A DNA stretch of 64,000 nucleotides from Salinispira sp. (lineage in GTDB: Bacteria > Spirochaetota > Spirochaetia > DSM-27196 > Salinispiraceae), in the NCBI GenBank assembly GCA_965602015.1, contig OZ271918.1, positions 3,104,001-3,168,000 on the forward strand, given 5' to 3'. The notes under the pieces are model-generated. The model saw only the letters and a program-made list of their open reading frames with translations, made no database searches and was not told the DNA's origin. Each line of letters opens with the position of its first letter. Within the stretch, counting starts at the first letter, position 1. The position numbers were made by a program, and so were the translations under genes. Shown piece after piece: positions 45,815-56,600 of this stretch.

Positions 45815-48609
45815 CGTTCATCCCCCATTTTGACAGCGAATCCCCGGCGGCAGAGCTGAGGGAACCGGCAGCTTGTACAGCGGCCGCCGTCATCAGTAAA
45901 GTTCCCGCTGCGCAGGGCTTCATTCCATGTGCGCAGCGCCATGCCAACCCCGTCTTCAAGCAAACGGAGAACCGCCTCATGTCTGATGGGCAGATTGGAG
46001 GACAGGGGAAAAACATCGCCACCGCAGATATTGAGTATTTCCCGGTAACTTCCGGCAAACTCCGCGCTGTTTCTGGCAGCAGAGAAATATCCGCCGCGCA
46101 CGACAGCTTCTCCCCGCTCCCGAATCATTAATGAATAGGCCGGGAGCTGGAGCGAATCAGCATCCAATCCATCTCCGGACAAAAGAGAGATGACCTCGCC
46201 CTCACCCATCTCCCGTTGCTCCGCGGCCTTGGGAAGTCGGGATCGCATAGTGCCAAGAATCTCCCCTGTCGACGGTGAAGCCCCGGTTTTATAGTCGTAG
46301 ATTGCGGCGCCGTCGGATCCCGAAAGCCTCAGGTCGATGCGCCCCGAGAGCGATACTTCACCGCCGTCATCTGTCGGCACCAGAACGGACAGTTTCTCCT
46401 CAGTTGAAATAATCCATCCGTCGGCCTGCTCCGCCAGAGTGTCGAGGATGCGCAGAGCCGCCGAGAGGAACCGGGGGCGCAACTGCTGTTGAATCGTCTC
46501 GGGCACGCCGAAAAAACGGGCATTGCGGTCTGAACCGAAGCTCCGGCGCATAAGTGTTTGGGCGTACGCGTGATACTCATCAATTCTCTGGGCATCATAT
46601 CGCCCCTGGTAACTCTCCTGACGTATCCAACGTAACAAGTCCTCCATGATGCGGTGAAACGCGATGCCCACAAGCCGTCCGGGATAGGGATTCGGACGGG
46701 TTTCAAGCTTTTCCAGTTTGAGGCATGACCACAGATAGGAAAAGCGGCAGTGCAAAAACTCCTCCAGAGAGGTTACCGCCAGTGAGCTCCCCTCCAGGCC
46801 GAGCCGGGCTTTGAGCTCGGGTTCCGGCGGGGGCATCCACGGGTCGGCATCGAGGCGAAGACCAGAAGTGTTCCAGGGCGGAACCGGGGATCCGCCCGCC
46901 GCGCCGGCATTTTGGTCCAGGCCTTGGCTGCCTTTTGCCGATTGCATGCTCTTCTGGCCAGGCATGACAGAGGTATTCCATCGGGCGATGAGTTCTTCGG
47001 TATTGCATGGAGTCGGTTCGCGCCCGATTAGCTGCCGGGCGGGAAGAACAGAAGTTCCCCGGACGACCCGGCTGACGCTGACCCAGACCCGTTGCCCCGA
47101 TATGCCATACGCCCGGATAAAGTCATCTCCGGAGTTAGCCTGTACGCCGAGTAAATCCGCGATCACATCTTCCCGGAAAATCCGGCTCGACCCGTCACGC
47201 ACAGCGCTTGCATCGGAAGAGAAATTAACGCAGTAGTGAGTTCCGGTGAACATGCCCGCGGCGACCCGATAATCGAAGACCGGAACCCCCGCACCGCTCT
47301 GCTGAGGGAGATAGCTGACGCCGGATAGAATTTCCAAGGACAGGGTAAACGGGTGGACCTCAATTTCAGTGAACTCCCGAAGACGCTGGGCCAGGTCATG
47401 CAGGGATTCGGCGGCTCTCTGCCAGGCTCCCTCATCACCCGATGACCAGCGGGAGGTATCGATGTAGGAAGAAAAAAACACGTACACTGCCCGATACAGG
47501 TCCTCCACGGTAGCGGCCTCCTGAATCCCCTCTAAGGCAGCGAAAAGCTCTGATCCGCCGGAAATCCCGGTAATAATCCTGGACCATCGCCGCCGCCCCC
47601 CCTCGAGAATATTGCCGGCGACCCCGGCTTCAACGATGCGCCGGGGAAGCTCTGGGTGTTTCCAGGGAAGACCCGGATGGAACATTAGCTTCCTCACGGA
47701 ATTAAAACTGAAGTCGGCGGAATACGCGTCCCGGAGAGCACCCAGCCAGGACACCGAAGGGTATTCCAGCAGGGGGCGGCCTCTGCGGGGCACCAACGGA
47801 ATGCCGGCGCTTTGGGCGTAATAGAGCAGGCGGGGGAGTACGGCGTCATAGCCAGCGAGGGATATCGCCATATCCTCCGGATGCTGCCCGTCCCGCAGAG
47901 AGTCGGCCACATCGGAAAGCAGGGTGATTATTTCCTCACGGTAATCACTGAATTCCCGATACTCGGTATTAAGTCCGTCGCCTCTGATGCTTTCAAGGCT
48001 CAGCAGGGCTATTTCTTCCCGATCTGACAGTTCAGCCCGGTATTCCAGAAAGTCATCGATAAGCTCGGGGTACAGGATAACATAGGGGTTTCCGTCGCTG
48101 ACAAAGCGAATCGGCAGCCAGGACGGTTCATAACGCTGGTATTTGTCGAGAAATCCGCTGTACGCCCGGTGAATCGCCAGAAGATCTGCCGCGAGGCTTG
48201 CTCCCAGAAGTTCTTCCAGCCGCATGCTACCCGCCCGAACAATCTTCGCCAATAGGGGCAGGAGCGTTTTGAGGGTAGGCTTATACAGCTCGGCCCGATT
48301 TTTGAACTTTGGGGGGATAATGCTTTTGAGCAGGGGACTGCGGCGGTTTTCCCGTAAGAAGTTCTCAAGAAAAAGACTTCGGGCCAAAGAGTTTACCGGT
48401 CGACGGATCTCCTGGCCGAAGAAGGTTCTCTCCTTGAACTCGTCCCAGGATATAAACCGCTCACCTAAGGAAACGCCGCGAATCCCGGCGACCCGGCGGC
48501 TCCAACTCTGGGCAGCGACCTGCGACGGGAAAACCAGAATTTGCCCGGTTTCGCTGTACAGCCGCAGGATTTCAGCTGAGAGTTCCCTATTTGCGGGAAT
48601 ATGAGTCAC
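45811..48609 (-). CDS. addB: AddB-like PD-(D/E)XK nuclease subunit with an Fe-S staple
   Basis: TSLEEFLHC..., GIAFH, SGRID, YDYKTG, LQLPAY, CTSCRFPQLC (four Cys). Overlaps the addA start. Confidence 0.8.
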   Translation of the reverse strand: MTHIPANRELSAEILRLYSETGQILVFPSQVAAQSWSRRVAGIRGVSLGERFISWDEFKERTFFGQEIRRPVNSLARSLFLENFLRENRRSPLLKSIIPPKFKNRAELYKPTLKTLLPLLAKIVRAGSMRLEELLGASLAADLLAIHRAYSGFLDKYQRYEPSWLPIRFVSDGNPYVILYPELIDDFLEYRAELSDREEIALLSLESIRGDGLNTEYREFSDYREEIITLLSDVADSLRDGQHPEDMAISLAGYDAVLPRLLYYAQSAGIPLVPRRGRPLLEYPSVSWLGALRDAYSADFSFNSVRKLMFHPGLPWKHPELPRRIVEAGVAGNILEGGRRRWSRIITGISGGSELFAALEGIQEAATVEDLYRAVYVFFSSYIDTSRWSSGDEGAWQRAAESLHDLAQRLREFTEIEVHPFTLSLEILSGVSYLPQQSGAGVPVFDYRVAAGMFTGTHYCVNFSSDASAVRDGSSRIFREDVIADLLGVQANSGDDFIRAYGISGQRVWVSVSRVVRGTSVLPARQLIGREPTPCNTEELIARWNTSVMPGQKSMQSAKGSQGLDQNAGAAGGSPVPPWNTSGLRLDADPWMPPPEPELKARLGLEGSSLAVTSLEEFLHCRFSYLWSCLKLEKLETRPNPYPGRLVGIAFHRIMEDLLRWIRQESYQGRYDAQRIDEYHAYAQTLMRRSFGSDRNARFFGVPETIQQQLRPRFLSAALRILDTLAEQADGWIISTEEKLSVLVPTDDGGEVSLSGRIDLRLSGSDGAAIYDYKTGASPSTGEILGTMRSRLPKAAEQREMGEGEVISLLSGDGLDADSLQLPAYSLMIRERGEAVVRGGYFSAARNSAEFAGSYREILNICGGDVFPLSSNLPIRHEAVLRLLEDGVGMALRTWNEALRSGNFTDDGGRCTSCRFPQLCRRGFAVKMGDER

Positions 48610-48899
48610 GCGCTAAAATCCACCACCGCCCGGTCACGGGTCAACTGTCCGATTCTCGCCCCGACCTTCTGGTGTTCCGGATGGATCCGGTATGCCTCCA
48701 GGGCCTGCCGGTCAGTATGGGTGCTTCGAAGCGCCAAATCCCATGCGGCATCGGAGGTGTTTTCATTCAACCCGAGTTCGATAGACTGCAATCCCGGAAC
48801 CGCTCCCATGAGACCCTGGAACATTTCGCTTACTTCGCTGTAGACGGCCTGACGATTGAGGTCTTCATTGAGCTTCCACATAACTACATGAATCATCAT
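48606..48899 (-). CDS. Dabb (stress-responsive alpha/beta barrel) protein
   Basis: MIHVVMWKL, LEAYRIHPEHQ, RAVVDF. Stop overlaps the addB ATG (ATGA). Confidence 0.85.
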   Translation of the reverse strand: MMIHVVMWKLNEDLNRQAVYSEVSEMFQGLMGAVPGLQSIELGLNENTSDAAWDLALRSTHTDRQALEAYRIHPEHQKVGARIGQLTRDRAVVDFSA

Positions 48900-48958
48900 G
48901 CCTCTTATTCTGGCTTTTATGCCGGCTATCATCAAGGAGAAAGACCGTGAAATACCGC

Positions 48959-48986
48959 TCAAGTGGAAATTTCTTTTTGACGAAAT
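48959..48986 (+). promoter_or_regulatory. sigma28-like promoter candidate
   Basis: TCAA (48959-48962), N16, GACGAAAT (48979-48986), upstream of the 74-aa gene. Confidence 0.35.
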
Positions 48987-49044
48987 TTATAGAAGGTAAG
49001 AACACAGCCAATGCGCCAAAAAAGGGCGGATTGAGGAGGTAAGA

Positions 49045-49269
49045 ATGCAGACCATCGGTAAGACCTACAAGGTTCAGGGACTTAACGGGTTCGAGACGGT
49101 AATATCAGTGCTGGGTGAAAATGATAAAAAGGTTGATATTCTAATGACCAGCGTCACCGCTTGGGGACGAAATGAGTCGAATGAAGAGCTCAGCAAAGAG
49201 CTTTTTGAATCCTGCGTGCGCACCGGCTACCTGCAGGAAATATCCGGAGAGTTATTGACAATTCACTAA
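49045..49269 (+). CDS. Small hypothetical protein (74 aa)
   Basis: Strong SD GAGGAGG; globular-looking sequence ending LFESCVRTGYL. Confidence 0.8.
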   Translation: MQTIGKTYKVQGLNGFETVISVLGENDKKVDILMTSVTAWGRNESNEELSKELFESCVRTGYLQEISGELLTIH

Positions 49270-49296
49270 ATAACCCCCATTATGGACAGCACTTCT

Positions 49297-49370
49297 GGGG
49301 GTGTAGCTCAGTTGGCTAGAGCACTAGCATGGCATGCTAGGGGTCACGGGTTCGAGTCCCGTCACCTCCA
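49297..49370 (+). tRNA. tRNA-Ala (GGC)
   Basis: GGGGGTG/CACCTCC acceptor stem with G3:U70; CTAGC-AT-GGC-AT-GCTAG anticodon arm; TTCGAGT T-loop. CCA is not encoded. Confidence 0.96.
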
Positions 49371-49477
49371 GTCTTTTTTTCCTTCGAATATCATCGCCTT
49401 TCCGTGAAATCTTATCCGGTCTATAATACACTTAAGCTTGGCACAACGCTGGTGCAGTACTTTAAAGATCGGGGCAT

Positions 49478-51244
49478 ATGACAAGTTCAGATATGGAAAA
49501 CCTCTTTGCGAACCTCGTAGAAGAAGATGGAGACGAAGCAACTATAAGCTTCGGTGACGATGCGGATTTTATAAGCAGACAGGACGGCGGAAGCCCGGAA
49601 TCCGACCCCGTACACCCCGCCCAGGCTCAGGAACAGATCGATGAGGTACTTCCCGTCGAGGGAAATCCCGGAGCTCCTGATTTCTCGGATTTATTCGGCG
49701 AAAGCCGCCCCGACCACATGGGAGACGTGGCTGACCCGTCGGCTGCCCCTCCACAGGCGGACAATGAAGAGCTTTTTACAACCTACGAAAGCCTGCTGAC
49801 CGACAAGCCCCAACCGATCTTCAAGAACAAAAATTACTACAAAATCCTTCTCCACGGAGAGGGAGAAATCGCGAAACGGGTTCACCAGCTGCTTGGCAAT
49901 TTCCTCAAAGCCCAGGATCCCCAGGACCGATCGATGCACCGGGGGAGGCTCACTCCGGCATATTGGGAACTGGCCGCAGGCATCGCCGGCAAGGTCACTC
50001 AAAAACTCCCTGTGCCCAAGACCATGCTTTTACGCTTCGGCATCCTCTTGCCAACAGCCATTTCCCCCGAGCAACGCCTGCTATTGAGCCGAATTCCCTT
50101 CACAAACGATGACAACGAGTCGCTGTTCTATACCGACGAATGGCTCAAGGCGGTTGCCTACGGACGGGTGAATGCCTCGGCCACCGATGAGACAAAAATC
50201 AGCGCGGGAAACAAGGGGTCGAAAACCAGCGCTCTCCTGGAAAAAAACCAGGGCCGGTATGATGCCCAGCTCCAGGTGGTCCGCAATCATCTATCAGATA
50301 TCCAGGCCCAGGAACGCATCCTAAAGGATCAGGTCGACGTTCTGATGCGGCACGATCCTATGCCCCGCTTCGGGAATCTTCCGGCGCCCTACAGCGACCA
50401 ACAGCGCAACAGCCTTTCCGAACTGAACAATGTGGTCCGCCGGCTGAATAATCTGAACCGCCAGGCTTCAACCGCGTATAACGAGCTCTCTCATATAAAA
50501 GATCAGCTCGAAAAACTGCAAAGCGAGGAAGAGGAAAACGGTGGAAATCCCGCGGTGGAGGCCAAGACCGTTTCGGAGGAAATGAACACCGTCAGGCAAA
50601 TGGCGAAACTGTGCGTGGGTCGGCAGGGAAATCACTTCCCGATGCTTCTCAAACAGTATTTTATTGCAAACATCAGGGATATCGGCACCAAGGAGAACGT
50701 AACAAACGCCTTGGCCGAGGTGGAGTATCTCGATCCCGATATATTCAAACGGACCTTTAAACAGCAGACCAACCGCATCGTGCCGAACATCATTCTCGTC
50801 CCTTGCTACGGCGATACGGGAATATGCTGGGAGCCCTTTGAGCGCCACGCGCGGGCTACCAGCCGTGGTCGGCTCGCGATTCCCATGTACCCGAAGGAAC
50901 TCAAAGTGGCGATAATTGCGGCCCTGGGAGACCTGCGCTGGCAGGTAGCCAAGGAGAAGGCCCAGCATTATTGGATGGAAGAGGGACTGACGGGCTGGTA
51001 TTATCAGGATTTTTCCGACAAAAAGAAAAAAGGCGATGTAAAGGATTCATTCATCCAGGATTATATTCTCTGGATTACCAGGGAGTCTGAGGGAACCCAA
51101 AAACTTGAACGGGAAGTCCGGGATATTTTCTGGCGCTATATTCCTTTCCCGCAGGACGTAAAAGACAAGCTGCGAAACCGGGGCTTCGTTTACAACGAGC
51201 TCTACAAAAAAGACATGAACCGTTCGATGTCCGACGGCTATTAA
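49478..51244 (+). CDS. Hypothetical cytoplasmic protein with a central coiled coil
   Basis: 588-aa ORF: acidic N-terminus, coiled coil, aromatic-rich C-terminal domain (PNIILVPCYG..GICWEP, WMEEGLTG.YY, F..DYILW). Confidence 0.85.
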   Translation: MTSSDMENLFANLVEEDGDEATISFGDDADFISRQDGGSPESDPVHPAQAQEQIDEVLPVEGNPGAPDFSDLFGESRPDHMGDVADPSAAPPQADNEELFTTYESLLTDKPQPIFKNKNYYKILLHGEGEIAKRVHQLLGNFLKAQDPQDRSMHRGRLTPAYWELAAGIAGKVTQKLPVPKTMLLRFGILLPTAISPEQRLLLSRIPFTNDDNESLFYTDEWLKAVAYGRVNASATDETKISAGNKGSKTSALLEKNQGRYDAQLQVVRNHLSDIQAQERILKDQVDVLMRHDPMPRFGNLPAPYSDQQRNSLSELNNVVRRLNNLNRQASTAYNELSHIKDQLEKLQSEEEENGGNPAVEAKTVSEEMNTVRQMAKLCVGRQGNHFPMLLKQYFIANIRDIGTKENVTNALAEVEYLDPDIFKRTFKQQTNRIVPNIILVPCYGDTGICWEPFERHARATSRGRLAIPMYPKELKVAIIAALGDLRWQVAKEKAQHYWMEEGLTGWYYQDFSDKKKKGDVKDSFIQDYILWITRESEGTQKLEREVRDIFWRYIPFPQDVKDKLRNRGFVYNELYKKDMNRSMSDGY

Positions 51245-51301
51245 CTGATATTCCGAGCGAGAAAGAAAGAAGGCAATGCCCAGCCTTTGCTGTTGATGGG
51301 T

Positions 51302-51323
51302 AAAATCAGCTGTTTTCGGGGCA
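51302..51323. repeat. Solo copy of the MITE-like terminal repeat
   Basis: AAAATCAGCTGTTTTCGGGGCA, identical over 22 bp to 16666-16687, in the gap between convergent genes. Confidence 0.85.
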
Positions 51324-51357
51324 CCAAAATGCCATGTTACAACAGCCTCGCTTCATC

Positions 51358-53685
51358 TTAGCGCACTTCTATAATTCTGGTTTCCCTGCGGCCGCCGGAA
51401 TCCAGAGTAAATCGCTGAACACCGCGCCGTATCTGCCAAAAAACCTCGGAGGGAAGTTCGCCGTCATACAGGAGCGCCCCGTTATTCCTCAAAACTCCCC
51501 TGCCTTCTCCCATCAGATAGAAACGGATTTGCTGGCTGCCCGGATCAATCATGGGGTCGAAATAGAAAACGGCCCCGTCCGACGGACCCAGAATATCCAG
51601 CTCACTCCGGTCGGCGAACTCGAGATTATAGCCGTAGCGGGCCGCCCAGGAAGCGTACTCCTGGGGGTAGCGAAGACGTCCCCGTGAATCGTGCCAGTGG
51701 CAGTATTCGGGAACTGAATCGGCAGCGAAATACTCTTCAATGACAATCGAACAGCCCTCATGTGCCCTGAGTCCGCTGATGGCGCATATTTCCCGTACCG
51801 TCACTTCAGCGGGCATGTCGGGCAAGGGTCCGCCGGTGGAGAGCTCGTTGAGAAGCTGATGAAGAAGTTCTGCGGGAAGCGATGAACCGGGAGCTCCGAT
51901 GACCGTATCGCCGGAGAAATTCCCCATCCACATTGCGCCTCCGATATCCGCCGCGTAGCCGGCTGCCCATATGTTATTGAACTGGTTTGATGTGCCGGTT
52001 TTTACAAATACCGGGAAATTGAAGCGAAGGGGACTGCGCCGTCCGAAGGTCATCACCCGTTCATCATGGCTGGATAACACATCCCGAATTAGAGCGGCGG
52101 ATGCCGGGGAAAACACCTGCGGGCTCTCCTCGGCTGAAGCGTTGGATCCCGATTGGGCAAACGCCTGGCCGCCGGGATTCCTTCTGTCTGTCAGAAGCAC
52201 AAGGGGAGCGTAGCTTCCATTGAGGTACAGACTGCGGTACGCGCGGGCCAGCTCCCACAGACTTACGTCCGCACCGCCCACCGCCAAACTGACTCCGAGA
52301 CGGTCTTTCTGACTTTCCAGGGATTCGAACCCGAGCTGATCCAGAGCTTCAGTAAACGCATCGACGGAAATGCGCTCAAGCACATAGACCGCAGGGATGT
52401 TGAGGCTGCTGGCAAGGGCCTGGCGCAGTCTGACCGGGCCGTGATACTGCTCATTAAAATTCTCCGGGCGGTACACCTCAGCGCCGCCGAAGTCCAGAGG
52501 CAGGTCCGGAAGAACCGTTGAGAGGCTAAATCCTCTGTCCAGGGCTGCAGCGAAAAGAAAGGGTTTCAAGGTCGAACCGGGCTGGCGGAGTATCTGGACC
52601 CCGTCGATCTGACCTCCGTCCTCGTCGGAAAAATCAGCGCTTCCGGCATATGCCAGAACCTCCCCGGTTCGACTGTCGGTGAGGATTCCCGCCGCATTGC
52701 TGATTCGATGCTGTCTTGCGTCTTCAACGGCGGCAAACAGACGGCGTTCAAGAAGATGCTGGATGCCAAGGTCGAGACTTGTGTCTATAGTCCAGCCGGA
52801 AAAGTCGTACCCGTGAGGTGCTGGGCCCACGGGCTTCAGGCTCATCTCTTCCATGCCTCGTTCCTCGATTTGAGCGGTGAGAAAGCGGATAAAGTGGGGG
52901 GCTTCAAACGGCCAGGGAGATGCGGAAGAAAGCATCGCCGCTTGAGCATACACCCAATCCATATTGCCGCCGCTGCCGAAACGCCGATACAGTTCCACAG
53001 CAGGCGGGGGCGCGGAATCGCGTGCCGAGGGATCGTTGGCAGAGGGAGCCCGGGGCACCACTGCAAGGGCGCACAATTCGGCGACGCTGAGCTCGGAAAT
53101 ATCCCGATGAAAAAACTCCCGGGCAGCTGCGGGAAAACCCTCGATATTTGAGCCCATGGGAACCAGGTTGAGGTATAGCTCCAGAATTTCATTCTTGCTC
53201 AGCCGCAGTTCGAGTCTGAGGGCATCGGCCATTTCCATTATTTTGCCGGGTACGCCACCGGACCGGGGAATGAGCATGCTGGCCAGCTGCATGCTTATGG
53301 TGCTTGCGCCCCTGACGGATGACACCCCTCCTTCGTCGGCGGCGGTGACGTAGTCAAAGGTTGCCCTCATCAGAGAGAATAAATCTACGCCCATATGAAA
53401 CCGGAACCTTCGATCCTCGGCGGCCACCACTATGCGCCTGGTTTCAGGCGGCATATCTTTACTATCAGTCCACATCCTTCGAAGGCCGGCCTCATTCACC
53501 GGCTCGATGTAGAGTTCACTGCCGTGTCGGTCCAGAAACACCCGGGAAAAGCGAAGTTCCTCCAGGGCATCTGTTCCCCGCCATGGCAGAAGGTAGAGAA
53601 GTCCCGCAGCTCCGGCACAAGCGACAAAAACGATTACAAGGACCCGGGCAAGGCGGCGGAGCAGTCTGTGCCTCTTAGTGAACAC
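51358..53685 (-). CDS. pbpC: Penicillin-binding protein 1C
   Basis: Transglycosylase motifs EDRRF, GVD, GASTISMQ; transpeptidase motifs STLK, SLN, KTG. Directly downstream of the alpha-2-macroglobulin gene. Confidence 0.9.
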   Translation of the reverse strand: MFTKRHRLLRRLARVLVIVFVACAGAAGLLYLLPWRGTDALEELRFSRVFLDRHGSELYIEPVNEAGLRRMWTDSKDMPPETRRIVVAAEDRRFRFHMGVDLFSLMRATFDYVTAADEGGVSSVRGASTISMQLASMLIPRSGGVPGKIMEMADALRLELRLSKNEILELYLNLVPMGSNIEGFPAAAREFFHRDISELSVAELCALAVVPRAPSANDPSARDSAPPPAVELYRRFGSGGNMDWVYAQAAMLSSASPWPFEAPHFIRFLTAQIEERGMEEMSLKPVGPAPHGYDFSGWTIDTSLDLGIQHLLERRLFAAVEDARQHRISNAAGILTDSRTGEVLAYAGSADFSDEDGGQIDGVQILRQPGSTLKPFLFAAALDRGFSLSTVLPDLPLDFGGAEVYRPENFNEQYHGPVRLRQALASSLNIPAVYVLERISVDAFTEALDQLGFESLESQKDRLGVSLAVGGADVSLWELARAYRSLYLNGSYAPLVLLTDRRNPGGQAFAQSGSNASAEESPQVFSPASAALIRDVLSSHDERVMTFGRRSPLRFNFPVFVKTGTSNQFNNIWAAGYAADIGGAMWMGNFSGDTVIGAPGSSLPAELLHQLLNELSTGGPLPDMPAEVTVREICAISGLRAHEGCSIVIEEYFAADSVPEYCHWHDSRGRLRYPQEYASWAARYGYNLEFADRSELDILGPSDGAVFYFDPMIDPGSQQIRFYLMGEGRGVLRNNGALLYDGELPSEVFWQIRRGVQRFTLDSGGRRETRIIEVR

Positions 53686-53693
53686 CGATACTC

Positions 53694-56600
53694 CTACTGG
53701 CCTTCAATAATGTAGAGCCTGCCCCCGCTTCGGCCGAAAATCTCCGGCTCGAACTCCGCCCTGGCTTGAGCCGGCGGAGTCGGGTATATTCCCGGCGTCG
53801 TTGTCCTTATGAGAAAGCTGACCTCCCGGTCTCCGGCGTAAAAGTCCTCCCACAGGTAACTGATTCCGTTGTCGTAAATTCTCTGTACAGGCCGGTAAAA
53901 CCAGAACCACCACCCGCCGGGGCCATAGCCCGCGTATCCGTCAGCCAGAAACTCCTGGCTGTCCCCGTATACCGTCTCGCGGGTCCAGGATTCAGATTGT
54001 AATCCTCCGGCATCGTCATAGCTTCCGGTGATTTTGAGATTCGGGTCGAGAATTTCCGCCCCTGAGGGGATTGGCACATTGAGAGTGAGAAAGCTCAGGC
54101 GCCGGGTGGTGCTGAGAAAAACCCGCACCCGCAATGTTTCACCGAGGGGCAAAACTTCGCCGCTCACCAGCTCGCCGTCGAGGGTTTCGATCTGACTGCG
54201 CAGCTCAACGCCTTCATCTCTTGCCTGCGCCGTCTCCCCGGGAAGGGCGTACTCGAGGGTACTGCTGTAGTACAGCTGACCCCTGCCTTGTTTTTCAATC
54301 TCAAGGCTCATCATCCGGTCTCTCGGCAGGTCTGCCAGGGGCGCTTCAAAGAGGGGAAGGACCGTGCTGAAACCGGGCTCCCGGCTTATAAGATTTGCCC
54401 CGTCAACTGATACCGTCGCGGTGATATTATCTGAAGGATCTTCCCCGGCCAACAACGGGATAAACCCGTAGACAGTCCAGAAATCATCAAAAGGCGAATG
54501 AAAACGCCGGCTGTTTCTCGATGCGTTTAGCGTACCGGCGATTCTCAGGAGCAGCTCCGGAGATTCGTTCATCAATGTGGCTGTCCGGAGAAAGAGACCG
54601 AGCTCGGCTTCCCTGCTGTCGAAGTATCCCCGGACCTCATAGGTCTCCCGGAGATCCACAGAGCGGGTTCCCAGGTTCATGAAATTCCTGCTTCGCATGT
54701 ACAGGCGTCGGGCTGCGCTTCGCTCGCCCAGTACCAGATAGGCCTCCGCCAGAAGGTTGTAGCCTGCGATTCCCAGCTGGTCCTCCAGGGCTTCCAGGGG
54801 TTCCAGGTTCTCGGCTTCTACCAGGCCGAGCTTGGCCAAAAGCAGGGCGTTCCAGGCGTGAATCATACCGACCGTCGTGCCCTCTGACCGGGGCTGCAGA
54901 TTGGTTAAGAGGTAGCGTCCCAGTGCGTCGAGATCGATGTAATCGCCGGAATCGACGGAAAAGTCCTCAGTCATAATGAGGACGTGGGCGGTCAGGAGCG
55001 ACAGGAAAATGTTTTCCCTCGCAAAGGATTGCCGGGGACTCCGGTACCCGATGCCGCCGCTTTCGAACTGATTCTCCGCAAGCTCCCTGAGAACCGACAT
55101 ATCCGGCGTCCCGTACCCTGCAGCCCGAACAGCAAGATCAAACAGCCTGCTGTTGTAAAAAGACCGGGTATCGCCCGGCGCCAACAGCAGGCGGTCCGCC
55201 GATGGACGCACCAGGGGAGCGAGGCTGCTGTCCACATTAATTCGCAGTGTTCCGTAGCCATCGGCGATTGCAGATGGCAGCACCAGTCCCTCCACTGCCC
55301 TCGGGGCCTGTTCGCCGTCTTCCTCCCCGCCGCCAGCGTCGCCGAGGACCGCGCCGATGCTCGTGAAAGCCTCGGTAATCAGGGGCCGCTCAACCACAAC
55401 CGGTTCATGCAGCACTTCGTTAACCACCGCGCTTTGGGTGATAAAGCGAATCACCCCCTGCCCTTCGAAAACAGCTTCCAGGATAAATGGCAGTTCATAG
55501 CTGCTGTTTGCCGGGACGGTTATTGTCCGTTCTGCCGGACCGGCGACGCGCAGTATGTCCGATTCGACCCGTATAGTCAGTTCCTGGTCTTCGGCAGTGG
55601 TGTTGGTAAGCACGACGCCTGCGGCCACGCTGTCCCGGTTTCTAAATCTTCTCGGCAAAGCGGTTCGGATGTTCACCGGATTCTGTACGAGTATTTCGTC
55701 TTCTTCGATGCCCAGGCGGTTCCCGTGCAGAGCCAGGGCTGTTACCCGGTAACTGGTCAGGCTGTCCGGCAGTAAAAAGTCGACCCGGGCATAGCCGTCC
55801 TGATCGGTGAAGATGGCAGGTTCGAAGAGTGCCAGGGGATTGAAGTCTTCCCGTTCCTCCATTTTTCCCGAATCGCCCCCCTGGAGAGTTGAAATGTCGT
55901 AGGTGACCGGTCTCATCAACAGCCGACGACTGTCGTCCCCCTCCACGCCCAGGGGGAAATTCCGCTCATCATAGAAAAACGCCACGGGATCGGGAACCCG
56001 GTAATCAATAAGATCCAGGACACCACGGTCCACAGCCAAAATCGTGACCTCAGCACCGGCAACCGGTTCCCCGTTGCGGGTAACCCGGACGCTGATGCCC
56101 GCATCGTCGCCGGGGCCGTAGGAATCACTGTCGCCCTCTACTTCCACATCAAGCTCAACCGCCTCGGTGCTGACCCGAACCGAAGTGATGCCGAACAGTC
56201 CCCTGGGCTTCCCCAAATCGGGCTGAAAGTAGTCGTCCTGTGTCTCCGTTCGCTCGGTGAACGAACTCAGCGCCACATAAAAAACCGGCAAGTACTCTTC
56301 CAGAACGGGGACCTCAATGACCCTGGTGCTTCCGTCCAGGGAAATGACTTCCTGAGACAGTATGCCTTCGCGCTCCACGCTGAGAAGATACCGTCCCCGG
56401 GGAATAGGGCTCTGGACCAGAATTCTTGCAGTTTCACCGGGACTGTACAGGGCCTTGTCCACCGTCATGGTAATATCCGAAGGAGTCTGACTCGCCGTTT
56501 GCACCCATCCGCTTCCCGTCGCATAAAACGGAATTTCAGTTCTGCTCATCCTTCCGCGCTCGTCGGCGGCGGTGAAGTACAGGGTATAACGACCCGGATC

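Noticed and set aside
49438..49458. sigma54 promoter (TTGGCAC...TGC)
   Set aside because: The GC lies 2 nt off the strict -24/-12 spacing.
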